A stretch of DNA of 57,366 bases, filler included, from Porpidia crustulata (lineage: Eukaryota): assembly GCA_964255105.1 (NCBI GenBank). It is 7 parts of 7 records of this genome, joined end to end, with 100 filler letters (N's around TTAATTAATTAA, not from the genome) between each part and the next. Parts side by side here need not be neighbours in the genome. Positions count along the whole stretch, not along the records: positions 8,233 to 16,357 come from CAXUWE010001166.1; positions 16,458 to 24,578 come from CAXUWE010001167.1; positions 24,679 to 32,792 come from CAXUWE010001168.1; 4 more parts are not named here. One strand, given 5' to 3'. Within the stretch, counting starts at the first letter, position 1. Each line of letters begins with the position of its first letter. Under the pieces are notes generated by a model. That model did not search any database. It had not been told where the DNA came from and saw only the letters and a program-made list of their open reading frames with translations. The translations under genes and the position numbers were made by a program. This document shows positions 14,011-27,752 of this stretch, piece after piece.

Positions 14011-14654
14011 ATAGGGCTTGGGGTGGTCATGGGTAGGTTAATCAGTGAATGCGGGAGAATCTTTTTAGTGGTGGATCCGAATCATGGTGTCCTTTTTTCT
14101 TGAGTCTCGATTCCTACGCATGCTGAATAGCTACAAAGGCGTCAATCGGTACTTCTTAGTAAGCAATGTGTTGTCAAACTGAGATACTACTTGTCCATTT
14201 GACCGAGTCTCACCATGGATCGTTGGTTCTCGCTGTTGAAGGCTGATAGTCTTTCTGCCTTATACGTGAGTGGTTCCTCAATGCTCAGGCAGAAATTGTT
14301 GTGGATCCGACCGCTGTGGAAGGGCTACAGCTACGACCACGAGTAAACCGCTGTTCTTGCCGAAAGAGATCATAAGTGTCCCGGCACTTCGTCCATATTA
14401 TGAACGCTGAAATTACATGACCAGCAGTGTGCATCTTGACTCGCACTTCGCTCATTATGTACAACCGAGTTGTTTAGAAAGGAATTAATCGGCCTCACTG
14501 CCGGTTGCTCCGAAACGGTGCGTATATGCGTCCTCATCAAAAGCGTTCGAGGTAATCGTGGATTTTTAAGCTGCTTTACGTTTCCAACTGCGATAGTAAA
14601 GGGAAAGTTGTTCAATGTGGTCGATCGAGGACTGATGCAAAGTCAGAGGTATGA

Positions 14655-15721
14655 CTACTGGAAGAAGTGTGATACTAGGTGAGAATACGAGAATGCGGGA
14701 CATACCTGGGTCAAATAGCCAGTATGGAGGATCATGGTACCTTCATGTCCTCGGTGAGTATATGGCTGAGTTGACGAGCGAGGTCCCAGACATTCTTGGA
14801 CGTGACGGAGAGACAATCCATAGCCAGGGATGAATAACCCAGTGTAGCACTCACACGGCGTGAGACTCATCTCTCCGTTTGATCGTTTGTGCTGATCTTC
14901 TCTTAAAAGAAACACTGATTTCCTTGCCTGCTCCTCCACCGCAAACCAAGCTTCTCCCTGTGTTTGTCCGTCCTGCAAAGATCTCGGCAGAAGAATACTG
15001 CGGAGCTCCTGTTCCGGCCGACTGCATCGCTCCTCGAATTGACCGCTGTCCGATGCATCTTTTATCCACCCAATAATGAAGGCGCGATTGTCCTGGAACA
15101 TGGCCGAAGTGATACCAACATCCTCCAATTCCCGACCAATCTGGCACCACATAGCTTCATCCCCATCCTCGGCTGAACTAATGGCAGAATTCGATAATAC
15201 TGACTCCTCGCGCAATCCTGATTGATGCTCGAGCACGAGCTGCCGTAAAAGCGTCTCTATCCGAGCTTGGCCAGCGCTGTATTGTGTTTTAGTCCGTGGC
15301 GTGCAGTTTTGAGGCTAAGGGAATGATTATACCCAAGAAGTCCCACGTTGAACGACGTGAGAAGACAAGTATTGGATACGATCCGCAGTCTAATGCTTTC
15401 GACATGGTCTTTGCTCCATCTCAACCTGTCCCACGTCCTTTTGCTTTGCGTACCGAGACTTTTGTACTCTGAGAGGAGAGATTGAAGCTCTCGAAGCACC
15501 TCAGTGCAGGCTCCAACCAATTGCTTGAGACCTTGCGGCTTTGTAAGGCCCATTCCTTGGCCTTGGACCGAATCTTGCACTTCCTTCAGAGCAAGCTGTA
15601 AGCATGCGACCTCTGATGAAACGGCACGGAACTCTTCTGGCGCGGCACGGCACTCACGCCATACATTTTGTGAAAGTTGCGTACAGAGGATAAAATCTCC
15701 TACACTGAAGCCAAAGCTCAT
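14655..15721 (-). CDS. HeLo-like / fungal STAND N-terminal domain protein with no NACHT domain visible; 3' end uncertain
   Basis: MSFGFSVGDFI...WRECRAAPEEF...C..VL.EL..LL..YKSLG...WDRLRW. Intron 15332-15277 joins in frame to ORF 14655..15236 (W.QIGRELEDVGITS...FIIGWI helical block). Confidence 0.75.
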
Positions 15722-16357
15722 GATGGGAGGAGGTGAGCTAGAAAATTTTATGTGAAACAACAACAGGATAGATTGAATGATGTCTTTTGTGAGCTGACAA
15801 TACTCAGAGACAGACAATCAATGTTGAACATGTACAGAAGAATGTTATACTACATGGTATGCACGAAATAGTAGAATACGGAGTAGAAACGAGACGATAG
15901 CATTGCCGATCAGCTTGTATCGACCACCTGCATATGCTGGCTTGACGCATGGTCTCCTTGAATGCCAACCAATCATCAACTTCATTGTCCTATCAGCCCA
16001 CGAGATACGTCCATTGAAGATCTCATGTTGCAATAAAAGGCAATTGTTAAAATCCACATTTCTTGGCAGCAGACTACTATAGTCAAGAACATTGACAGAA
16101 ACGTGCCTCGAAGGTAATAGTCCTTGACCTAAAGGAAAAAGCGTCTATCATACCGTGATTCATCGTCATAATCATCACGTCACGTGCTACTAGCCCTAAA
16201 GCGATGAAAGTATTACCATAGCCTTTATGTTCCATTCTTTACCTCACTCCAAAACTAACATGTCCATGCCATTACCACCACTTCAATAACCAACAAGCAG
16301 ATGAGGAAGTTCAAACCGTCGAATCTCCTCTGCACCAGTCACCATGTCCTGAAAGCC

Positions 16358-16457
16358 NNNNNNNNNNNNNNNNNNNNNNNNNNNNNNNNNNNNNNNNNNN
16401 NTTAATTAATTAANNNNNNNNNNNNNNNNNNNNNNNNNNNNNNNNNNNNNNNNNNNN
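16358..16457. other. Artificial contig linker
   Basis: N44-TTAATTAATTAA-N44. Confidence 0.98.
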
Positions 16458-17035
16458 CTCCAAGCACCGATGGAGGGCTATTCATTGATGAGGGAGATGA
16501 AAGGGATTGAAAAATTGTAGAAAAATTGTAAAAAAAAGAATGAGAAGGAGAATCTGTGAATGTGGATGTGATTTGGATGGTATAGTTTGGGGTTTGTGAG
16601 GCTGTGAAATGAGATGAGGGGAGGGGAGGGGAGAAAAGAGGGAGGAGAGGAAAGGGAAGGATATGCGTGGCGTGACGTGATGCTCGAAAATGCGGATTCG
16701 ATAATCGAGCGTGCGGGACGTTGAAGTTTATGATTCGATTGATGGGATTTTGTTATTTTCGAAAAAGGATTGGAGATTGTGAAATTCTGTGAAAAGCGGG
16801 AAGGGCGAAGGGGGAAGCGGGAAGAGAGAGACGGCTAGTTGGTGCATCACGATCGATAGAAAGCACGGGTGTGGGATGAGTAGGGAGGTTGGGAAGCCGA
16901 GACGGGCGGGCGACGTGGGATTTGGACTTCTAGGGTACAAGTAGCAATCTGTCACGCGCGATCCACTTGAATGAAGAAAGTCTTTTGATGTATTGGAAAG
17001 TTTATACGCGCTGAGAATTTAGCGACGAGACGGAT

Positions 17036-18137
17036 CTACACGTAGATGGGCTGGTTAACACCGTACTGATCGCGTGGAGAAGAAAAGTTACTGTCAGCGG
17101 ACGAATTACCCAAGCGCGCACGGAGCGAGATATGGGGGGGGGGAAGACTCACGTTCAAAGGATCATTAAACCTCAACCCCTTATCCAACCCCGAAATCTC
17201 CTCGACCTCCGCGTCCGCGAGATCGAAATTCGTAACCTCCAAGTTCTGCTTCAGCCGGGCTTGATTATTACTCTTTGGAATAACCGCAACCCCCCGCTGC
17301 GTGGCCCACCGCAGCAGAACCTGCGCGGGGGTCTTGCCGTGCTTGTCGGCGATGGCCTTGACCGTCGGGTTGTCGAATAGCAGGGGGGTGTCCTTGGCGC
17401 GTTGCATGTCGAGTTCGATGAAGGATTGCGGGCCGAAGGAGGAGTAGGCGGTGATGGCGATGCCTTCGGACTGGGCGAGGTGCAGCAGGCCCTCTTGCGT
17501 GAGGTAGGGGTGGTGTTCGATCTGGAGGGTGGCGGGGCGAGTTTTGGCGTAGCGGAGGAGGTCCATGAGGAGCTGGCCGTTGAAGTTGCTGATGCCGATG
17601 CTCTTGGCCAGGCCCTTGCGCTGGACTTCCTCCATGGCGGTCCAGGTCTCTTGGATGCTGGCGTTGCCGGGTACGACGTTCTTGCCGTCGTAGGTGAAGC
17701 CGGGGGGGTAGCGGACGGAGGGGTCGACGTATTTGAGGGAGATGGGGAAGTGAACTATGTAGAGGTCGAAGTAGTCGATGCCCCAGTCCTTGAGCTGTTT
17801 TTTGCAAATTGGCTCGACTTTGTCGCCATCGTGGAAGGAGTTCCAGAGTTTAGATACGAGAAAGAGATCTTCACGTTTGACGAGGCCGTCTTTAATGGCA
17901 CGGGCGACGCCTTGGCCGGACTCTACCTCGTTACCATAATCTGGGAACGTTAGCATGGCCTGAAGAGGGAAGCGTTTCTGGATTGTGAATACCGCATGCG
18001 CCATCGAAAAGACGGTATCCAGACTTGATGGCATTGTAGACTTGATCGGCGCACGTATCGTTATTGACCTTCCACAAGCCAAAGCCGACAATTGGCATTT
18101 GGTGGCCACTGTTCAATTTGACATTGGGGGTAGTCAT
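17036..18137 (-). CDS. xyl1: NAD(P)H-dependent D-xylose reductase (aldo-keto reductase family 2); exons 18137-17993, 17940-17153, 17065-17036
   Basis: [24 protein letters not shown] (catalytic D and Y), [41 protein letters not shown] and GLRFNDP. Confidence 0.95.
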
Positions 18138-18755
18138 GATGGCGTACGTTCTTGTAGTAGTTGGCAGAATTCGAACTGGGAATAGTAGATTTCGATATGC
18201 AATTGAAGATCGAGGGGTGAAGACGGAAGATGTGCTGCCAGTGTTAGCAGACTGTATTTCGCAGAGTATGAGTGGTCCAACACTCACCGAAGAAAGGGCT
18301 TGAGAATGTGCATTGAAATATGTCGGATGAAAACGATCAATTTAATGACCTGATTTGCCCCACCATCCCTCCGTCGTTACATTGAAAACCCAACGATGAC
18401 ATAATTCGTCAAACCACAATAGGCTATCAAACGCCTAGTAAATTTGAGATCCGGGGAACCTCGGCAGTTGCGTGCTGCTAAACGGCACAATAGCTAAATC
18501 CCGGTTGGAAAGGTCGAAAGAGATCCAACAGTATGGGATGAGACGAACAAGCAAGAGGCACCGTCATCTTCTTTGAATATTGAAACAAAACATATTACAT
18601 CCTAATATGAGAGCAAGATGCAGTGGTAAACGGGATTCTGAATGACCTGATCTCGCATACATCTAAACCTGAACGATGAGCGTCGTGATCCAGCGAGCTC
18701 GTAAAGCAACTTCCACCGCTTCGTCATGCGTACTTTGTACCGCCTCGTAACTTTA

Positions 18756-20162
18756 TCAAGATACTCGTACATAGGCTTAAAATGTTAGCCTAGAGTCCCC
18801 AGTTAAGAAATTCGGTCGACACGGGGTTAACATACTCGCATCAATCTGCTGAATCTGCGGTAAGGCCAGATGAACCTTGTGCCTGTACAAGGCCTCATTC
18901 CTCTTTTGTAGTGGATTTCCTTCAAAGTAAACCGTGCTTAATGCAGTCTTGTCTGCGAGCTCTTTCTCGACTTCGTCGAATGACGAGATCTGATTTGACG
19001 ACGCCCATACTTCTTCGAGATGTGTGAGATGCTTGAGATTGGTAAGATGAGAAATTTGATTGTTGGATATGTCAAGTACGCGAAGGTTGAAACTCTGGTC
19101 GAGACCGGATACTTCCGTAATAGCATTATGAGATATGTAGATTTCTTCAAGATTCGACAGGTCGGAAAGTCCAGAAATCTTGGTCAGTCGATTTGATTGT
19201 ATCGACAGGATTTTGAGGTTGCTCAGCAATGAAATATTCTTACAGAGCGTCAGTGAAAATCCAAGATTTGAGACATCTCCCCATACCTTTATTTCAGTGA
19301 TCTTGTTCTTGCCAAGCCATAGCTCTTCTAGTCCAGCCAAAGTATCCAAATTCTCAATTTCCTATGTCACCATCAATACACCTTCTTGCACAATTCTTGC
19401 CCAACGGACCCTTATACGATTAGCGGCCAGCTCCAGATTCCTTAATTTAACCAAGCCATCAAGCCCTTCAATCTTTTGTATTCTGTTCTGAACAAAGTAG
19501 AGGTCGCTCAATTTCTTCAGATGGTTCACGTTCTTAATATGTTTGATTTTATTGAAGCTGAGATCCAAGGAAGTGAGATGTAGAAGGCTATCCAAGCCCT
19601 TGATGTGTGAGATTAGGTTATCGTAAAGATCCAAGTCCTCCACCGTCGAGCCAAAAGCAGTTGGGATTTCGATATGGGATATCTGGTTTTGGCGGAGGCA
19701 TAATTTCTAGTAGCGGCTAGGGTCAGCTCCACCTCTCGACCTCTCGATCTCTTCCAGCGAGTGTTGGTACCTGAACTTTGGTGAAGCGTTCGAGATGAAG
19801 GGAAGGTATCGAGGAAATACGGCAGTGGACGAGATCAATATCCTAACGCAGCATTCGTTAGTACCATTCATAGGAGACAATGCAGCCCAGTATAGCATAC
19901 ATCAGCGTCCAGCTCATAGTCCTCGAGTAGGTCTGTCGTAGCAGGCAATTAGCGAATATGGAGCGACAGCTAGGCCAGACGTACCTTCGTCAGCACTTAT
20001 CTGCTCTACAGGCGGTGCATTCTCGTCGGAATATTCGGGGTCAGAAAGGATTTCTGCATTCGTGACGACGGCTTTCTTATCAAGCCGCAGTTTACCATCC
20101 CAGCCCTTGCTGTCTCGAAGGGAGGAGCCATTATTTGGGGGAGGGACATCGGGGAGATCCAT
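18756..20162 (-). CDS. sds22: Protein phosphatase 1 regulatory subunit Sds22 (LRR protein), multi-exon
   Basis: N-terminal KGWDGKLR..ILSDPEYSDE, SDS22-class LRRs (LDLYDNLI, LDLSFNKI, LELAANRI, LWLGKNKI, LSIQSNRL) and cap TVYFEGNPLQ...YR.KV.LALPQI.QIDA. The last exon encodes TYVRVS* ending at 18756. Confidence 0.93.
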
Positions 20163-21121
20163 CGCATTACAGAGATGAAGGGATTATCAACGAAGATAAA
20201 GCCATCTATCATTGCGCTATAGAGAGTCTCATACCTCGATATTACAATTCGTGTGTCCAGTTCTCAGAAACTATCAAGTCCACGGTTAGACATTTCTGGA
20301 TATTAGACATGACGAAATGCGGAATAGTTCCGTAACCATTTCCTATCAGGGTCACGAATAGTCAGAGCACCTGACGGTATGGTCCTCTTGATATCCGATC
20401 AGGAGCCATAATCAACATGTACGACTCCGTGAACGACCGAACCTCGCATCTTGCCAAAGACAGAACGCATCTGAAATCACACGGTCTTTACTATGCACGT
20501 TTCGGGCATAGCTAAATCACAGCATAATTTTGCATAAGTACTCACCCGTGCCAGATTACAGGGCAGATATTTTCCAAGAGCGTAGGGTATTCCACAGATA
20601 GACCTATTGCTTAGCTATGAATATACCTCCAGCTTCAACTCAATGCATCAAGCTCTCCATATGCCTATAACAAACAATGGTAGACTTCGCTAGGCAAAAA
20701 GCGCACACGAGTTCCAGCCCGCTAGAAATGAGTATAGGCTATCAACGCCTCCAAGATGCAACATAAGGAGATCGCTCGCAGGGAGCTATTTGGCTGAACA
20801 ATGAGGGGAGGCGATAAGTGAAGAGCCCAATCAAAAGGCTCCGAACAACCCTCGTGGCTAGTCCAAGAAAATGCGTTCCGCAATTTCTTCCCATGTATCA
20901 ATGCCTTCTCTCTTTTTACAAATTATCAAGTCTTTTGCTCGACAATATAATTCACTGCCGGACTTGGAAAATGCTGGTGTCGGACCCTAATGGAAGTGAA
21001 GAAAAATTAATCTTATTACAAAATTTACACGACACAATCTATTACCGACATGTATCGAGAACGCCGCTCACCGGCTGCTGATGCTGATTTGCCAATTGGG
21101 TATAGGAGCTTCGGGACCAGG

Positions 21122-23132
21122 TTATAATGCTACGTCGAGTACCATGCTGACATCGCGGACTTGGGAGCCTGCAAGATCTTCAAGAACGGGGATTAGATCC
21201 AAGAGCTCGTTGTCGTGGGCGTCAGAAAACCAGGAACTTATGGGGACAGCGTGTTGAGGATGAAAGATATAGGAGGTCGGAGAGTTGTCGATGATGATGG
21301 TCTCGCGCAAGTCGCGGCCTACTTGCGAGAGATCCTTCACATAGTTACCTTGGTGGTTGTAGCAGCTTTCCCGGAATAGTCTATGATGCACGACGCCATG
21401 AATGTCCAGCTGATCCAATAATGGATCCCCATACTATCGCATGTTAGCTCAGAAGATGTCAGAGATCTAGGAGAGGCCATACTTTGGAGACGGAAGCTGT
21501 GAAAACGACAACTTCGTAAAGTTCACCTACGCGTTTCATGAATTGGTCCACGCCAGGTCTTTTGATGACGTATACGTTATGGTATTGGCCCTCAATTTCA
21601 ACTGGTATCGTAAAGTCGGCTTGATGGAGTATCTGAAATATTTAGCCTATGGCAAAACAGCCGAGCTTTGAAACACGTACCTTGAAACTGCTGTGAACAA
21701 GGGTCTCGTCAAGATCTAAAACGAGGCACTTCTTACCCATGAATCGAGGTTGCAGAGGAGGAAGCAACCATTTCTGATTCTCATTGGGAGCCACGCCGTT
21801 CGAAGCCGTCCGGGTTTCGCTTGCCACCGGTCGCTCTTGACTACTTCGCGGTGGTGGAGGAGGTAGATTTAGTTGTGTCTGGCCAGTCTCTCTACTCTGT
21901 GTGCTACTGGCCTGCTCCTCTGGCATAATTGGTGGAGCGTCCATCATTTGCACATCGCTATCCCTCTTCTTTTGTTGAGGAGTCCTGTCATCAATTGCGG
22001 GAATTGCTGTCAACATATTTTCTTCGGGTTTCGATGAGGCAAGTGGCTCAACAGGCGCAATGATACCAGATGTTGTGGACAGGTCCGCCTTTGGATTATC
22101 CATCTCTACTTCAGGGTTTGCAGTAGGCGGCAAAGGCGGTAAAGGTTGGTTTCGGGTTTCATCCTGTCCTAGACTTTTGGTGGTTTCCGACACAGTCGGT
22201 TCAGTCTCAGTAGGTAACGCGGGTTTTTCCGCCAACAAAGAATCTCCTGCTTTCTGGCTCGACATCGTTGGCATTGCCGCCGCGGTAAGTTCTGAGTAAG
22301 GAGGACCCCCGATGTTATCTGGAACACCTTCTTTCGATTCTCCAGCACTTGATTCTGCCGCGCTTGCGTTTGCCTTCGTTCCCGGCGTCTCTTGCCTATT
22401 CCGATTCGTCTGCAACACTCTTGTCTTCTTTGCTGGTACAGCCTGATCATCAAGTTCAACCGGATTCGCATTGTCTGGGGCGCTGCAACAGTTCAAGAAG
22501 GTCAGGAATTTCGATACCCCTCGTTTCTTTTGTTTGGGCGCAACAGCTACGTTTCGCGGATTCTCTAATCCAGGCTTTTCCTCACTGCCGACGGCAGGCC
22601 CAACCGCCTTCTCTTTCCTCGATCGTTTGCTGCTAGCAATACTACCACTGCGATTCTTTGCCTTGACGCTCCCTGTGGAGCCGGACCGAGGGTTTTGAGC
22701 CAGATCATCAGTGGTTTGGCTATTCATCGGGGTTCCAACCGATGAGTTCAATTTCGAATTTGAGGACGAGCGTATGGGTACACTGGGTCCGAGTCTTCCC
22801 TCTGAAGCAGTATCTTGGTTAGAGACCGAGCCGATGAGAGTCGTAGAGTCCCTGTCGGCTGACGCGTCTGCGGCGGAAAGACCTGAAGCTGCCGTGGAAG
22901 GGCCGGTAATTATAGGATGGGCTTTTGAAGCGGGATTATCTGACTTTTCTGTGAGCATACTTGATTGTTCGAAAGATCGAAGATCTAATGACCACCTCCG
23001 ACTTGACATACCGTGACTCGCTGCGGAATTTGCGGATTGAGAGTGCTGCGGATTTTGGATTGCATTTGCAGTCGTATTGGCATTCGACAATGAAGTATCC
23101 TCTCTGGGCGCTTGCGCTATGTCGTCGCTCAT
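21122..23132 (-). CDS. psr1: Psr1/Psr2-type CTD small (SCP/NIF) HAD phosphatase, multi-exon
   Basis: [16 protein letters not shown] (DxDxT at about 21702-21716), [32 protein letters not shown] and WFSD..DNELLDL. Low-complexity N-terminus contains FLNCC. Confidence 0.92.
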
Positions 23133-24578
23133 GTGGGGCTATCCTCACACCTCCCTGAGGCCTTGAGATGCCTGCAGCACCCGTATTCTGATGAGAGCGC
23201 GGTCGTGTGACTCCTGAGTCCACCGCAAAAGTTTTGCCGTACCAAAAGCTTATTCCAATGGTGATGGGCGTCAAGCCTCGACGGCGAGAAACTTTGCTCC
23301 TGTATCCTTTCCTTTTTCATATATAATGGTATGCCTCCCTCGACCTCGTTGTAGTATTACGTGGTGATGCTGTCGCTCGTGTTGGTGGGTAGCGTGCTGG
23401 CGGAGAATTATGCGACCGGAGCGAAAGGATGACGAGGAACTTTGCGCGACCTGCTGACGGACGATGATCAAGCTTTGGTCGCCGTGGACGTAATGCTACT
23501 TGGAGGAGGATATTACGAGTGGAGGTTGGGTTGATCAGGCGTGGGGAGCAAGCAGTGTAGAGGTTGAACGAAACTGGAGGTCGCGATGCCATCCGTCAGC
23601 CACAGCCACATCTTGATTTGGCCAATCTAATTTCAAAGTTTCCCTCGACAAATCACAACCATCACACTTCATTGCACCTCACGCACCACGTTCTTTGCAT
23701 GACGACCGAGAGTTCTACGTTTGCTACGAATCATAACAATCTTCAGTAATTACTATCGCATCTCGTCTATCTCTACTAATGATCATGACAGGTCCACGAC
23801 ATGCCAGACGTGGAGGATTAGGTCGGAATAATCGGCCGTGAGGCGTAAGGGCGCTCTACGGGCGGCAAATCTTCTGGCAGGCCGCAAAATCAGGTTGTGC
23901 CTCCATCTAACGATCCTATCACACTTGATGCTGACCCTCCCTGAATGAGCGGGACGAGGAGCTAATCAGAGCTAGAAAGAGTACGGGGGAACCTAGGTCC
24001 ATTAGTGCGATATCATCACACTTCCTAAACTTGTCCATACCGATATTCTATATCAATATCGCATGCTCCTCTATTTGGATATAAGAAGGCTGGTTGAATG
24101 GGTAGGTTGACTGTCCTGATGGCAGTCAATAAAGACCGAGAAAAGAAGCATCGCATGTCGAAGCCAATTGAAAGAACAAATCCAAAAAGAGAGCTAACCT
24201 TAATTATCATTCAAGTTGATCAGATAACGGCTCTGCATTGCAGATCTTTGATCACATGTGGAGGTTTATAATCAGTGACGATGGCTTTATTCTTTTAGGT
24301 ATCCCATCCAGAAGACCTATATTCAGGTTTCGAAGAGAAATCATTGAATGGTCGAATCACGTGTGAGCTCCATATACCGCTGATTGAACGAACATGACAC
24401 TGCCGGTGTGTCTGGCATGCGAGCTCTATGTCAAAACCCTGGGTCCTCGAGGTCTGGCCTCATCAAAACCACCCAATATCGACATTCACAATATTGACAT
24501 TCAATTCCTGCCTTGTTTTCGCGTGCAACAAGTCCGATTCGGTGAATCCGATATCCCCATCTACACCATATCTATAAC

Positions 24579-24678
24579 NNNNNNNNNNNNNNNNNNNNNN
24601 NNNNNNNNNNNNNNNNNNNNNNTTAATTAATTAANNNNNNNNNNNNNNNNNNNNNNNNNNNNNNNNNNNNNNNNNNNN
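24579..24678. other. Artificial contig linker
   Basis: N44-TTAATTAATTAA-N44. Confidence 0.98.
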
Positions 24679-25075
24679 GGCCACAAAGGAACACCACTCA
24701 ATTACCCATTGGATAGCTTTTTGTCGTGTTCTGTTCCTTTCGTTGTTTTGCCCATCTAGAGAACTAGAGGTTTTTGCCCCGGGTTCTCTTTTGAGTTGCC
24801 TCATTAAGGTGTTTTGATTGTTCTAGATATCTTTGTTTGCGAAAATGCGGGTGTGAGGATGTTTAGTTAAGAAGTGGATAATCGTAGCGGAGGTAGGTGC
24901 CCACGATTAAGTGGGATTTTCGATTACGTTATATGGCATGATACCCATCCAGGCAGGTTTGGTTCGCAAAAGTTCCATTTAAAACTCCACGGGCTAATCT
25001 CGCGTCTTTGCATTCTCACGTAGTCGGACTACGAAAGAGCATCATAACCATCAACCCTAGCAGATTCCAGATCCA

Positions 25076-27040
25076 CTAATCATCCGGCTCGAAATCAAAC
25101 GTGAGATAGCTCAGCATCGCCTCCGTATGCTTCCTCTGAAACTCCTCCCTCTCAGCCCGAAACTCTTTCCTCATCTGCTCGCCATCCTCCAATGAGATCG
25201 GAAACCCATCCACCATCTCCACCACCAGGTCGAAAAGCTCGAACGGTAAATTTCTGAGGGCAGGGACTGTCTGGCGCAGTTCTTGGGCCCACCAGTCCCG
25301 GCGTTGGCAGGGAACCATGGCGGTTGACATGCAACGTCGGTTCGGATCGATGAGATGGAGCTCCAGGATCTTGCAGTGGCCTGATCGGGTCTTGTCGACC
25401 AGTTCCATGGAGTCGAGCCGGGTTTGGAAGGTATTGGGGAAGCAAATGACTCGGTTCTCCCTTGTCAGGACGTTACCGAGAACCTGCACGTCTGGGTCGC
25501 CGTCTTGCGCGCCGTATATTTCCGGGGCGAAAGGGGGTTCGAGGATTTCGCCATAGGCCAGATTTGCTTCTTCTAACATCACTCTTCGCTGGAAAGATAT
25601 CGAGCCATTGGTGATGTTTTGGCTGTCGTAGAAGTAGAATGCTGTGGCGCAAATACGCTCATTCTGGATTACACCGATTACCAAATGTCATGTGGAGAAC
25701 ATGGGAGAAGAAATGACGTACCGATTGACCTTGAACCTGCCAATCCCCCCCTTCATACACTCGAAGCGTTGGATCCAAACAGATATTTCTTAGCCTCAAG
25801 ACCATCTGAACTCCAATATTCCAAAATTCCTTCTTCAGGTCTACGTGCACCCAATCGACAAAGTCCGATTCACCATCTAAGTAGCAGCTGTAGGCCCGTT
25901 GTTGTGGAGGGCGAAACGGACCAGGTTCGCGCGCTATCAATGGTTCTCGGCCGAGGTCTACAGTTTGCCAGCGCTGATGAATGTATCCTGGCGCCTTCAG
26001 ATCCATGAGCGTCCTGTTGAACAGCGGAATCATGATATCTATGATCTTCTCAATCGTAGGATAAATAGCCTGTTGTCGGGTAGGATGAATATTGTTAATA
26101 TATGAGGCAATACTAGAGAGATATATCAATCCTGGTCCGTAATTTTCGAGACGATTCTCTGCTTGAGGGAGTATTCACCGTGAAGCTCCTTTCCCTTGAT
26201 CGGCAAACTTGATATCAAATGGCAGCCACTGAAAGCGTCTTGACCAAGCCATGTCATTAGGATACTTTCTTCTATCTTTCTGGATGCAATCTTCTTCCGA
26301 AGGCAACTTCCTGACCGTTCCGCCCTGACCGCACCTCGATATGCAATCTTGAGGTGCTATGGTGCCTTCTCTGATCATCCTCGTTCTTTCAAAACTCAAT
26401 GGAAACAGGAATGGATCTACAATATCCATGACCGGATGAAAGAGGGGTTGGTTGGAACTATGTACTGCAGCTTGCTCAATGTGCCTTACTGATGATGATA
26501 GGCTATGCTTGACATCTAGTGGTACGTAGTCATCCGATTTCAGAACTCCCCCGTCAATCGCTGGGACGAAGCATGAGGTGTAAAAATCCTGGACATTGTA
26601 CTTCACCTCCTCAATGCACTGTATATGATCAGTCAAAATATGCTAATCCCCTTCTCACGCTCTTCCAACCTACCCAATCAAGCATGGCTCTAGTCACATC
26701 TTGCCCAGTCATGATATTCCCCACTTTCCAGGTATCGACGAATGAACTGTCAAATATCTTTTGGTCCCAGCGCGCCATGTCAGTAAGACTGTTCATTAGA
26801 GCGATCATGGTTCTTTCGCGGACTGTGTAACAGAATTTTCTGAGCGTGATATGAGTGGCCAGACCTCTTCCAAGCTCTTCAATCCACTCACGGGTTCTCT
26901 GAGGCATCTAACGCCGAATAAAGGACTGTATTCTCATCTGCCTGGACTATCGGCTGATATCGCACACTCTGCATTTCTGGCCATCGTAGAGGTAGTCCAA
27001 AGCCCGGGACTGTCCATCCGATTTGCTTTCGAGATGCCAT
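25076..27040 (-). CDS. DUF4246-family protein (2OG-Fe(II) oxygenase-like fold), multi-exon
   Basis: VPGFGLPL, RERTM..LMNSLTD...W..KIFD, DIVDPFLFPL, FQWLP.D, SYINNIHP, YEGGDW, ICATAFYFYDSQNIT and DPNRR.MSTA.VPCQRRDWW. Five ORF pieces are joined by GT-AG introns. Confidence 0.85.
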
Positions 27041-27752
27041 TGTCGCACGCAAAATCTGGACAGGTGGGCCGAAGAACCGTAGAACAGCCAATTGTATTCT
27101 ATAGTCGAAATGCGGCGAATAAATATTCAGACTGGTAGCGCTCCTCAAAGTCTAATTATGGCTGCTAACTCCGCCCAAAAATGTCGTTAAAGAAAGTTTC
27201 CTTAATTGAGGCACTGGATCATCCTTCGGTCTCCCAAAACGTAATATTTTGGGTCAAAAGACATGCATGCATGCTCTCCGAAAACAACACAGGATGTGTT
27301 GTACCGGGTCCTTCGTGCGACAAAGAATGAACTCTCACTCGGTATTGGGTCCAATAAGTCATCTCATACACAACCTTTGCCTACACGCATTTGAAATTTG
27401 ACGCTTGCATAATAAATATCACAGTCCAAGCTGTTTAGTATCGATATTTGTTTGTTCGAGGAAGAGACATGGCCAGGGAATATCTACCGGCCATTTGAAA
27501 TGGTCGATGATTTCCTATCGGCAAAACTTGCCAATTATGGGCCGTCCCAGCAAGCTACTCTATACTAGTGGTTATTAATACAGACCGGTAAAGTTTGAGG
27601 CGAAGAAAATGTTGAAATTGGATGATAAGATCATCTTCACATCTGTGCCATTCTATGTCTATTGAATTGGCAGAGCAATTATGATCTGCCACTCTCACCA
27701 CTTTAACCCTTTCAATTTAAAGCTATCAATCCCAAGGTATGTCATCCACTTG

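Noticed and set aside
17268..17953. Long overlapping and antisense ORFs over the xylose reductase gene
   Set aside because: These are shadow ORFs from high third-position GC codon bias.
18138..18755. XlnR/CreA sites upstream of xylose reductase
   Set aside because: No clean GGCTAR in the intergenic region. A lone CCGGGG (18451) is expected by chance.
26840..26910. Frameshift in the DUF4246 5' region
   Set aside because: Resolved by a GTGAGT...CTCAG intron that restores frame (ENP|KFCYTVRE).
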